Below, piece by piece: positions 35,065 to 43,607 of a DNA stretch of 64,000 bases (the first letter of the stretch is position 1; every line of letters begins with the position of its first letter). Source of the DNA: a virus (lineage: Duplodnaviria > Heunggongvirae > Uroviricota > Caudoviricetes); the IMG/VR virus record IMGVR_UViG_3300020048_000021, positions 41,848 to 105,847 of that record; one strand, written 5' to 3'. Below the pieces are notes generated by a model, which saw only the letters and a list, made by a program, of their open reading frames with translations, searched no databases and was not told where the DNA came from. The position numbers were made by a program, and so were the translations under genes.

Positions 35065-36060
35065 ATGACAAATCTTATAATAGACACCACAAAATCTCTA
35101 TGGCAGAGTGGTAGAAAAACTAAAAAAAATGGAACTGGATGGATATCTGGCAATGCCATTTGTTGCATTTATAACAATCAATCGGCTGATAAGCGCGGTC
35201 GTGGAGGTCTTATATCTACTGATGAGTCAGTGACGTACTCTTGTTTCAACTGTAACTTCAAATGTGGATACAGAGCTGGTCAAACATTGTCTAGTAGATT
35301 TAGAAATCTATTAGATTGGCTAGGAGCAGATAAGTCATTGACGGACAAACTGGCAATCGAAGCAGTTAAAATCAAAGATGAAATGTCAGGAGCACAAATT
35401 AATATAGTTCGTCGTGTGCCAACAATAGTTTCATTCACTGATATAAATTTACCAGATGGTAGCATTAGATTAGACTCAAACAATCCCGATCATCAAATTC
35501 ATATAGATTATTTAACTAGTCGTGGACTAACTGAAAGTGGTTACGAGTATTATGTTACTCCAGAATTGCTTGGCAGAAATAAAAATAGAATAATTATACC
35601 CTACTACTATGACAAGCGATTAGTCGGATATACTAGTAGATTTTACGATAATCACAAGCCTAAGTATGTACAAGAATCTCAACGTGGATATGTATTTAAT
35701 ATTGATGCTCAGCGTGATGATTTTGAAGTATGCATTCTAGTAGAAGGTCAATTTGACGCTATCAGTATAGGGGCTTGTGCTTATATGGGCAGCACTATCA
35801 ACGACGATCAAGTAACTATAATCGGAAGACTAAACAGAAAAATAATTGTAGTTCCAGACAAAGATGTAAGTGGAATGAGCATATGTGATAGAGCATTACA
35901 ACTTGGGTATCAGGTTAGTATTCCAAATTGGAATGATGATGTAAAAGATGTCAATGACGCGGTTAAACGCTACGGAAAGCTGGCGACATTATTAAGTATT
36001 ATACAGTCAGCTACTACGAACAAGATAAAAATTGAAATGGAAAAGAAAAAATATAAATGA
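35065..36060 (+). CDS. DNA primase
   Basis: Zn ribbon CCIYN...CFNC, RIIIP, TOPRIM EGQFDA, PDKD, DVNDA. Confidence 0.9.
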   Translation: MTNLIIDTTKSLWQSGRKTKKNGTGWISGNAICCIYNNQSADKRGRGGLISTDESVTYSCFNCNFKCGYRAGQTLSSRFRNLLDWLGADKSLTDKLAIEAVKIKDEMSGAQINIVRRVPTIVSFTDINLPDGSIRLDSNNPDHQIHIDYLTSRGLTESGYEYYVTPELLGRNKNRIIIPYYYDKRLVGYTSRFYDNHKPKYVQESQRGYVFNIDAQRDDFEVCILVEGQFDAISIGACAYMGSTINDDQVTIIGRLNRKIIVVPDKDVSGMSICDRALQLGYQVSIPNWNDDVKDVNDAVKRYGKLATLLSIIQSATTNKIKIEMEKKKYK

Positions 36061-37469
36061 CTAATGTTGAATATACTCGTGATGTACAAGAATTATTTTT
36101 AAGAATGATGTTAACTGACGCTCAGTTATATACTAGAATAAGTAACATTATGAATAGTGAGAATTTTGATAAATCTTTAAGAGTAGCGGCAAAATTTATT
36201 GTAGAATTTAGTGAGAAATATAATAGTATTCCAGACGCACAGCAAATACAAGCCACAACCGGAATTCAACTTGATGTGGTGCCTAATTTAAGATCCAGTG
36301 ATACCGAATGGTTTCTAGATGAATTTGAAAAATTCACTCGTAGACAAGAACTAGAACGAGCAATTGTTAAAAGTTACGATCTATTAGAAAAGGGAAATTT
36401 TGACCCAGTTGAGAAATTAATCAAAGACGCGGTTCAAATCAGCTTAACAAAAGACATGGGCACAGATTACTTTTCTGATCCTAGAGCACGTTTGTTGTCT
36501 ATTAAAAATAATAATGGGCAAATTAGTACTGGATGGCCATGTCTAGATAGTAAACTATACGGCGGATTTAATCGTGGAGAGCTTCAAATCTTTGCTGGAG
36601 GATCTGGAAGTGGTAAATCATTGTTTATGCAAAATTTGGCCGCTAACTGGGTAGAACAGGGATTAAATGGAGTTTATGTTACTTTAGAACTATCAGAAGA
36701 ATTAACTGCTTGGCGTATTGATAGTATGATTACTAACGTGGCAACTCGCGATGTTTTTAAGAATATCGATGATGTTGAGCTTAAAGTTAAAATGTCTGCC
36801 AAGAAAAGTGGTAAGTTCTTTATCAAATACATGCCAGCACAAAGTAATGTAAATGACATTAGAGCCTATATTAAAACATTACAGATGGAAAAAAATATCA
36901 CTATTGATTTTTTATGTGTTGATTACTTGGACTTATTAATGCCAGTAAGCACCAAAGTTAGTCCTAGTGATTTGTTCATCAAAGACAAATATGTATCAGA
37001 AGAATTACGAAATCTGGCTAAAGAGCTTAATGTACTACATGTTACAGCATCACAGTTAAATCGTAGTGCAGTTGAAGAAGTAGAGTTTGATCATAGTATG
37101 ATTTCTGGTGGTATCTCAAAAATCAACACAGCAGACAATGTGTTTGGTATCTTTACTAGTCGTAGTATGAGAGAACGAGGTCAGTATCAAATTCAATTGA
37201 TGAAAACTCGTAGCAGTAGTGGAGTAGGTCAAAAGATTGACTTATCTTTCAACATTGAAACTCTTAGAATCTTCGATGATGGAGAAAGTACCGGTTACGT
37301 GCCCAGCAGTCAAAGCGCAAGTACTATATTAAATAAGATTAAAACCAGTACTCAAGTCATTGATCAGTCAACTGGAGAGATAATTGAGGTAGAATCAGTT
37401 AAAAAAGTAGTGGCAGACGTTCAGGGTAGCAAACTAAATGCTATGCTTAATCAAATTAAATCTAGGTAG
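36057..37469 (+). CDS. dnaB: replicative DNA helicase (T4 gp41/DnaB-like)
   Basis: STGW, Walker A GGSGSGKS, TLELSEE, VDYLDL, ASQLNR, KTR. Confidence 0.93.
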   Translation: MTNVEYTRDVQELFLRMMLTDAQLYTRISNIMNSENFDKSLRVAAKFIVEFSEKYNSIPDAQQIQATTGIQLDVVPNLRSSDTEWFLDEFEKFTRRQELERAIVKSYDLLEKGNFDPVEKLIKDAVQISLTKDMGTDYFSDPRARLLSIKNNNGQISTGWPCLDSKLYGGFNRGELQIFAGGSGSGKSLFMQNLAANWVEQGLNGVYVTLELSEELTAWRIDSMITNVATRDVFKNIDDVELKVKMSAKKSGKFFIKYMPAQSNVNDIRAYIKTLQMEKNITIDFLCVDYLDLLMPVSTKVSPSDLFIKDKYVSEELRNLAKELNVLHVTASQLNRSAVEEVEFDHSMISGGISKINTADNVFGIFTSRSMRERGQYQIQLMKTRSSSGVGQKIDLSFNIETLRIFDDGESTGYVPSSQSASTILNKIKTSTQVIDQSTGEIIEVESVKKVVADVQGSKLNAMLNQIKSR

Positions 37470-37473
37470 TCGT

Positions 37474-37481
37474 GATAAATA
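37474..37481 (+). promoter_or_regulatory. late promoter GATAAATA
   Basis: 5 nt before ATG 37487. Confidence 0.65.
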
Positions 37482-37486
37482 CTTCT

Positions 37487-37735
37487 ATGAAAAAGATTAC
37501 TAGATCGTTACTAGAAGAACTGAACTCTATTGCAGAAAATAAAGATACAAAACTCATACTAGAAAGTAGAGCTAATAATATCATTAATTCTGCTATTCAT
37601 CTGCTTGAAGTTATCGAAAGAAATTTCACTCCAGAACAGTCAGCAATACTAGAAAAGAAACTCTTGATAGCGATAAAAAATCGCGACAGTGAGAAGTTTG
37701 CTCGTAGTCTGAAACGAACTGGGAACGAACAATGA
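37487..37735 (+). CDS. hypothetical protein (start moved from 37472 to ATG 37487)
   Basis: Track start overlaps the promoter. Confidence 0.7.
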   Translation: MKKITRSLLEELNSIAENKDTKLILESRANNIINSAIHLLEVIERNFTPEQSAILEKKLLIAIKNRDSEKFARSLKRTGNEQ

Positions 37736-40596
37736 AAATTAATGATCTTATATCAGAAAACACCGTCAATGAAGATACTTGGAGTGATCTAGGAACTTTG
37801 GCTGGTAATACTGTTAAGAAAGGTATAAATCGAGGTCTTGATAAAGTAGGATATCATCCAGAAACTGCTAAAGCAGATAAACTAGATTCTAGAGCAAAAG
37901 CCATTGGTCTTAAGATGTTCACAAAGCAACTAACTGATTTGTTAACACATGCTAAATCTAGTGGCATGTTAGTGAATGCTACGAAACCAGATTCGTCTGA
38001 AACAGATTCGTCTGAAACAGATTCGTCTGAAACAGATTCGTCTGAAACAGATTCGCCTAAAACGCCCGCGACTTCAACAATCACTTCGGCCCCAACTTCT
38101 ATTTCGACTACTCCAAAATCTGGTCAGGTCGTTCAGTTTCCAGGAACAAATTTAAACTTTACTTATACACCACGATTTGTAGACGATAATAATAAACTCG
38201 CTCCAGATGCTATAGCAAAAGTTTTAACTCAATTAGGTAATGGTGTTGCTAAAGATTCAATTCCAATGAGTGATCTGCAACGAGCAAGACAATCAATTGG
38301 ACTAACCGAGTCGCTTGTTAAACATAATCGTAGAAATAAAGCATTATTAGAAAGCGTATGTCATTCGATGACTCGTGATCAAAAAAGAATTGTCGAAGGC
38401 ATAACAAGAGAACTTCAGCCATTAATTGAAGTGACCTTAGATCAGACTAAAATTGATCAAATATTTCAGGCTGCCCAACAAAGTGCCACAGCCGCGGGCG
38501 GTAATCGCACCACTATTGGTCAAGTAAAGGATGTTGCCTCTGTAGTTAATGATACTATTAATAAAGCTGGAAAATGGATTCAAGATACAAAGCCAGTACA
38601 GTCATTTGATCAAAAGTTTGAAAAAATTAAAAATAATGTATCACAAAAATTTCCTGAATTAGAAAAAACATTAACTGGTATAGGAACTTGGGCCAAGGCA
38701 AATCCTGGAAAAACTGCTGCTGTTATTGGTATAATGACTGCTTTAGCCTCATTGGCGGGTGGTCCTGCCGGCGGCGCAATTGCTGCTCAAATTCTAAGAG
38801 GTACCTCTGAATTATTGAAAGGCGAAAAGGTATCAACTGCTGTAGGTAAGGGTGCAAAGTCTGCCGCTATTGGTGGAGCATTAGGCGCCGGTATATCCTC
38901 ACTAGGAGATTATTTTGGAAATATTAAGGTTGTTGCCGAAAAGATTCCAGGATATACACAGCTTAGTAGATTAAATTTTATTAAGCGGGCGGTGTCAATA
39001 GGAGGCAAGAATTCTGGAGCATTTTTTGGTGATCTACGTGGATTAGAGATTCCAACTCAGTTGGCTCCTAAAGTATATGCACTTTTAGATCAGACTTCGA
39101 AGTATATCAACGCTGAAGATTGGGCGGGAGCAAATAAATATTGGAATGAAGTTAAAGCTATAGTTGAAAATCCAGAGGTACTCCACGCTGTGGAAAAGAT
39201 AGCTTATAATAATCAAAAATTAGTTGATCAAGCAGTAGCTGACGCTGACAATTTTAAAAAGGTAGCTGACAAGATTTCGTCTACTCTTGCCGCAGCTGCA
39301 CAGGGTGGTGTGGCAGCCGCTCACACGGGCACCTCTGTCAAACCAACAGCTTCGGTTCCAACGGCAGAATCAATTGATTATGACATAACTAATAAAATGT
39401 GGTCATTAAATGAAAGCATAGGTCGTCGTCGTGGCGGAGTTCACTTGACAGAAGCTGGTGTCATGAACGCCATAAAACAAACTGCTGGGAAAGTAGGTCA
39501 ATATGCTCAAACTAAAGGTCAGAACTTAACTACTAAAATTACTGCTAATAAACTAAAACAAGCGTGGGTAAAAGCAGGATCACCAACTGACAGTGAAGAA
39601 ATTGAAAAAGTACTACAGAATAATGGAGTATCATCTGATATTACTAATTCTGTATTTAAATCATTGAATATACCAATCTCTGGATCTTCAGCATCAGAAA
39701 CTACCCCAACATCAGACGAAATTTCATCTGTAGAACCATCTACTTCTGAACCATCTACTTCAACAGCGGCTCAAGTTAAAGTAGAACCAGGACAAAAGAT
39801 ACAATTTCCTGGTTCTACTTTAAGTTATACGTTTAATCCCGTATGGCTTGATTCGAAGAATCAAGCAGCATCTAAAGATGCAGCTAAAGTTCTAACTCAA
39901 TTGGCTAGCGGAGTTGGAAAAGATGCTATACCAATGGGTGATCTACAACGAGCAAGACGATCAATTGGTTTACCAGAAAGCAAACAGTATAGATTGTTTA
40001 GTACATTGTTAGAATATAAAATGCTAGAGGCTGAGCAGATTACTCAAACTACAGAGCAATTTATTAATCAATTTCTTGATACACAAACTGGACAATTTAA
40101 ACACTATGATACCTATTCTAGCAATTTAAAAGTATTGGCACAAAAAGCATCTAAAGAATTTGACTCAACTGGAAAAATTAATCCAGAGACAATGAATAAA
40201 ATGTGGGAAAATCTATGGATGTGGAGCAAGATGAGTGGAGGCGGATCTCATTCTAATACTCAGTCAAGATCATCTAGTAGACAAACCTCGGGCGAAAAAA
40301 CAAACAACACTGAAAAGAAAATATCTTCTGATGACTTTGAGAGAGAATTAAGAAAAAATGTAAATTTAGATATTTCTAATTATTCTAGTAAATCTCAAAT
40401 GGAAAAATCTATCAAATCACTAATAACAAAATTAGATGGAGATTTAAGAAGTATAACCATAGCTCGTGAGATACCAGAAGACAAAATATCTGAGACGTTT
40501 CAGTCGTTAATGAATAAAAATCCAATGGATGATTATGATAAGAGCGTCATTCTCAAAAATTTGTATAATATAGCAAAAACTATAGGAGTAACATAA
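37732..40596 (+). CDS. large CTS-tagged internal/ejection-protein candidate with duplicated module and Gly/Ala hydrophobic segment
   Basis: MKINDLISE start, many LxE sites, two copies of QFPG...KVLTQL...DLQRAR.SIGL.ES. Confidence 0.6.
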   Translation: MKINDLISENTVNEDTWSDLGTLAGNTVKKGINRGLDKVGYHPETAKADKLDSRAKAIGLKMFTKQLTDLLTHAKSSGMLVNATKPDSSETDSSETDSSETDSSETDSPKTPATSTITSAPTSISTTPKSGQVVQFPGTNLNFTYTPRFVDDNNKLAPDAIAKVLTQLGNGVAKDSIPMSDLQRARQSIGLTESLVKHNRRNKALLESVCHSMTRDQKRIVEGITRELQPLIEVTLDQTKIDQIFQAAQQSATAAGGNRTTIGQVKDVASVVNDTINKAGKWIQDTKPVQSFDQKFEKIKNNVSQKFPELEKTLTGIGTWAKANPGKTAAVIGIMTALASLAGGPAGGAIAAQILRGTSELLKGEKVSTAVGKGAKSAAIGGALGAGISSLGDYFGNIKVVAEKIPGYTQLSRLNFIKRAVSIGGKNSGAFFGDLRGLEIPTQLAPKVYALLDQTSKYINAEDWAGANKYWNEVKAIVENPEVLHAVEKIAYNNQKLVDQAVADADNFKKVADKISSTLAAAAQGGVAAAHTGTSVKPTASVPTAESIDYDITNKMWSLNESIGRRRGGVHLTEAGVMNAIKQTAGKVGQYAQTKGQNLTTKITANKLKQAWVKAGSPTDSEEIEKVLQNNGVSSDITNSVFKSLNIPISGSSASETTPTSDEISSVEPSTSEPSTSTAAQVKVEPGQKIQFPGSTLSYTFNPVWLDSKNQAASKDAAKVLTQLASGVGKDAIPMGDLQRARRSIGLPESKQYRLFSTLLEYKMLEAEQITQTTEQFINQFLDTQTGQFKHYDTYSSNLKVLAQKASKEFDSTGKINPETMNKMWENLWMWSKMSGGGSHSNTQSRSSSRQTSGEKTNNTEKKISSDDFERELRKNVNLDISNYSSKSQMEKSIKSLITKLDGDLRSITIAREIPEDKISETFQSLMNKNPMDDYDKSVILKNLYNIAKTIGVT
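37990..38055 (+). repeat. perfect 15-bp tandem repeat GATTCGTCTGAAACA x4 plus partial (DSSET)
   Basis: Units start at 37990, 38005, 38020, 38035. Confidence 0.95.
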
Positions 40597-40775
40597 TGAC
40601 TCCGATGATTGGTGATTTTGGAAAATGTGGATGTGGTCGTAGCAAAGATCAACCTTACTGTGATGGATCACATGCTTTTCCTGACGATGATGAATTATCA
40701 GACGAAGTTTATAAAGTATTACCTGAATTGCCAATTGACAGCGATCAAAAGCGTAATCCATACGCTCAAACATAA
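40596..40775 (+). CDS. 59-aa CDGSH iron-sulfur (NEET-type 2Fe-2S) protein; absent from ORF track
   Basis: CGCGRSKDQPYCDGSH matches C-x-C-x2-S-x3-P-x-C-D-G-S-H; GGAG RBS 40585-40588; TAATG overlap. Confidence 0.9.
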   Translation: MTPMIGDFGKCGCGRSKDQPYCDGSHAFPDDDELSDEVYKVLPELPIDSDQKRNPYAQT

Positions 40776-40809
40776 TTCTACACATATGTTCATTTACTCT
40801 AAATAGTGA

Positions 40810-41265
40810 ATGAACATTAAATGCTACACGCTGTACGATATCACAAGAACAAATATCAATAGAAAAAAGTTTACAGATTTTGTAAGCAAAGAAGAGCATA
40901 AACAAAGAAATCAACAGTGTAATCTTGAAACTATATTTCAAATAATCAATATGCGTTCTCAACCTGAAGATATTTCAGAAGTCAAAAAGCTAACACTTCA
41001 GTGTAAAGATATCATCGATCATTATGAATTTGGATATCTTTACACTAATAACGTGGAAGATACAAAATTATTCAATATATGGGCATTTTCATTCACGATT
41101 GAGCATCCAGATGTATTCAATAATGGTCGAGAAGAGTTAGGCAATCTGATAAGCGATTGTGATCAAGTTCCGATGATTGTTAATTTAGAAGAATCATTTA
41201 AGCTGTCACAACAGTTAAACATCTCGAATGAATTACGTAATATCTACTTTGAGATAGTCAAATGA
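40810..41265 (+). CDS. hypothetical protein
   Basis: 151 aa; CTAAATA at 40799-40805. Confidence 0.75.
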   Translation: MNIKCYTLYDITRTNINRKKFTDFVSKEEHKQRNQQCNLETIFQIINMRSQPEDISEVKKLTLQCKDIIDHYEFGYLYTNNVEDTKLFNIWAFSFTIEHPDVFNNGREELGNLISDCDQVPMIVNLEESFKLSQQLNISNELRNIYFEIVK

Positions 41266-41804
41266 AAAAAACTACCAAACTATACAAACAGTTGTCAACT
41301 ATAGTAGAGCATACACTAATAGAATTGATAAACACTATAATCATAAAAGTTGGAAATCATTATGTATTGTATAATAAATATACTATCAAACGAGAAATTG
41401 ATCATGTGATCGTGTTCAAGCGAGATAACTATGAATCGTATGAATTTAGCTATATGAAGAACGCAATGATATGGGTACAGTTAGATAAAAATCAAAAATT
41501 TTCAGAAAGAAATAGAATTTATAGATTAGATAAAGAACTTACTAGTATAGAAATTGATAAAAAAATACATACTAGATTAAAGTTAAAGAACTCACATGAC
41601 ATTAATCAATTTACTGTATATGCTACTAAATTACAAAATGATAACGCTAAACAAAAGCAAATTGTGGTAGAAATTGATAAATACTTTATATTAGCTAACA
41701 GATATTCTAATAAATATCATAAACAGGAAACTAAAAATGAAATTAACCGACATGTCCCAATCAAGAAAAATTCAAACCAAGCGCGCACTTCGCGAACACT
41801 TTGA
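41262..41804 (+). CDS. hypothetical protein
   Basis: 180 aa, ATGA overlap. Confidence 0.7.
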   Translation: MKKTTKLYKQLSTIVEHTLIELINTIIIKVGNHYVLYNKYTIKREIDHVIVFKRDNYESYEFSYMKNAMIWVQLDKNQKFSERNRIYRLDKELTSIEIDKKIHTRLKLKNSHDINQFTVYATKLQNDNAKQKQIVVEIDKYFILANRYSNKYHKQETKNEINRHVPIKKNSNQARTSRTL

Positions 41805-42420
41805 ATTTGATGTAAATTTAAACAAATTAGATCAACGATCTACTCGTCAGATGTTGTCTAAGGTTCGTGGTTTATTAAAAGAAACTAGAATCAGTAATAA
41901 TTTTATTAAAAATCAAACTAAGCCATCTTATCTTAAAATGGTCATGTTAGAGCAAGTACTGTATAATCACTATCAAGATATTAGACTTCAATCAAGAATT
42001 GTAACAGAAAATGAAGAAGTTGAAAAGTCACAAGTTATTTTGGCTGCTCAAGATATGATTGATCAAATTCAAAAAATGGTCGTACAAGTTTCAAAAATGA
42101 ATGCTGAAGAATTGCCAGCCGTTGTGAATGGAATCAGCAACGAAATTGGAACTTCAGAAAGCGAAACGTATCAACAAAGCGTGGCAGAAGCGTTAACTAC
42201 TTTATTACAGTCATTGACTACTTCAAAAGGAAGCTTAACAAGTGCATTGGGTCAAATCACCGGAGAATCTTCTGACGAAGGCTTTGGCGGCGATGATATG
42301 GGTAATGATTTTGGTGGTGGTGATATGGGTGGTAATGATATGGGAAATGAACCTTCATCAGAATTTTCAGAACCAGAAGATCAAGAAGACTTTGGTTCTG
42401 CCGGCCGTGAGATGAGATAA
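41737..42420 (+). CDS. hypothetical prohead core/scaffold-like protein
   Basis: Helical, acidic Gly-rich tail, VTENEE site; ATAAATA at 41710-41716. Confidence 0.6.
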   Translation: MKLTDMSQSRKIQTKRALREHFEFDVNLNKLDQRSTRQMLSKVRGLLKETRISNNFIKNQTKPSYLKMVMLEQVLYNHYQDIRLQSRIVTENEEVEKSQVILAAQDMIDQIQKMVVQVSKMNAEELPAVVNGISNEIGTSESETYQQSVAEALTTLLQSLTTSKGSLTSALGQITGESSDEGFGGDDMGNDFGGGDMGGNDMGNEPSSEFSEPEDQEDFGSAGREMR

Positions 42421-42422
42421 TC

Positions 42423-42767
42423 GTGAGATTATTTGAATTCGCTGGAGACGACGATAATTCACTACGAATTAAGTTGACTGGTATCATCAGTCAACTTATT
42501 GGTAGACTTAATGATACTGATACAACAAAGCCTTACTCATTAAAATCTTTATTGAGTACATTAGATCATAGTGGAATATCATTAAGCCCAGAGCAATTTC
42601 GTAATATGCTTGAAGAAGAACCATTGAAAAACTTGATCTCTAATATTCAGGGAGACAATGTTATATTCAAAGGTCAAAGCAGTAGTGATAGTGAAGTAGA
42701 AGCTCCAGATGAAACTACCGATACATTGAAAAGAATGGCCGGTAGAGCAGAGAAAAAAAGAAAATAA
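42423..42767 (+). CDS. hypothetical protein (MRLFEF start)
   Basis: 114 aa, abuts upstream gene. Confidence 0.7.
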   Translation: MRLFEFAGDDDNSLRIKLTGIISQLIGRLNDTDTTKPYSLKSLLSTLDHSGISLSPEQFRNMLEEEPLKNLISNIQGDNVIFKGQSSSDSEVEAPDETTDTLKRMAGRAEKKRK

Positions 42768-42781
42768 TTTATCCAAAACAT

Positions 42782-42810
42782 TTGACTTTATATTGACAAA
42801 GTAATACAAT
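42782..42810 (+). promoter_or_regulatory. sigma70-type promoter
   Basis: TTGACT-N17-TACAAT. Confidence 0.7.
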
Positions 42811-42816
42811 AGATGT

Positions 42817-43539
42817 ATGATCACATCACATTATGTTCCAAAATTCGACTATCGCTCATTATCTAGAGAAACTGTAAATGGAAAACGTCAATATGTCACC
42901 CCAAGTGGCAAAGTCCCATCAGTTACTACAATTCTAGAAGCAACCAAACCAGCAGAAGATAAAAAAGCACTATACGAGTGGAGAAAAAGAGTCGGTCCAG
43001 AAAAGGCACAGACTATCACCACTGAAGCCGCTAATCGCGGAACAAGAATGCATACTTATCTTGAATCTTATGTAAAAACAGGCACATTACCAGCACGAGG
43101 TTCTAATCCATTTAGTTGGGCAAGTCATATGATGGCAGAACAAGTTATCGGTAATGGATTATGTAACGTAAGTGAGTATTGGGGAGTAGAAGTTCCTCTT
43201 TATTTTCCTGAAATTTATGCAGGAACAACTGATTGTTGTGGTATACACAATTCAGCAGAAAGCATATTAGACTTTAAACAAACAAATAAACCAAAAAAAG
43301 AAGAATGGATTGATGATTATAAACTTCAATTGGCGGCTTATGCTACTGCTCACAATGAAGTTTATAAAACGAATATCAACAAAGGTGTCATTTTAATGTG
43401 CATAAAGCCTGAGCTTCATGAAACGACATACGAGATCATTATACCTGCTGTATATCAAGAATTTATTATCGAAGGTAATGATTTTGATTATTGGACTAAT
43501 CGATGGTGGGATAGAGTTTATCAATTCTATAGCATGTAG
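42817..43539 (+). CDS. PD-(D/E)xK exonuclease
   Basis: PSVTTIL, RGTRMH, VEVPL, YAGTTD, LDFKQ, QLAAYA. Confidence 0.88.
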   Translation: MITSHYVPKFDYRSLSRETVNGKRQYVTPSGKVPSVTTILEATKPAEDKKALYEWRKRVGPEKAQTITTEAANRGTRMHTYLESYVKTGTLPARGSNPFSWASHMMAEQVIGNGLCNVSEYWGVEVPLYFPEIYAGTTDCCGIHNSAESILDFKQTNKPKKEEWIDDYKLQLAAYATAHNEVYKTNINKGVILMCIKPELHETTYEIIIPAVYQEFIIEGNDFDYWTNRWWDRVYQFYSM

Positions 43540-43578
43540 ATAAATATCTATCACTGTTTGTCATTGAGAAAGAGTAAT

Positions 43579-43586
43579 GATAAATA
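43579..43586 (+). promoter_or_regulatory. late promoter GATAAATA (second copy at 43539-43546)
   Basis: Tandem pair 40 bp apart heading the fibre cluster. Confidence 0.65.
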
Positions 43587-43607
43587 AGTGTATAGGAATT
43601 TATCACA

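Noticed and set aside
40609-40962. Track ORFs 40609..40806 (+) and 40507..40962 (-)
   Set aside because: Both overlap the CDGSH ORF in another frame, which has the RBS, translational coupling and an exact family motif.
42817-43539. Cas4 or CRISPR-associated nuclease
   Set aside because: Lacks the four-Cys Fe-S motif; matches an ordinary phage PD-(D/E)xK exonuclease.
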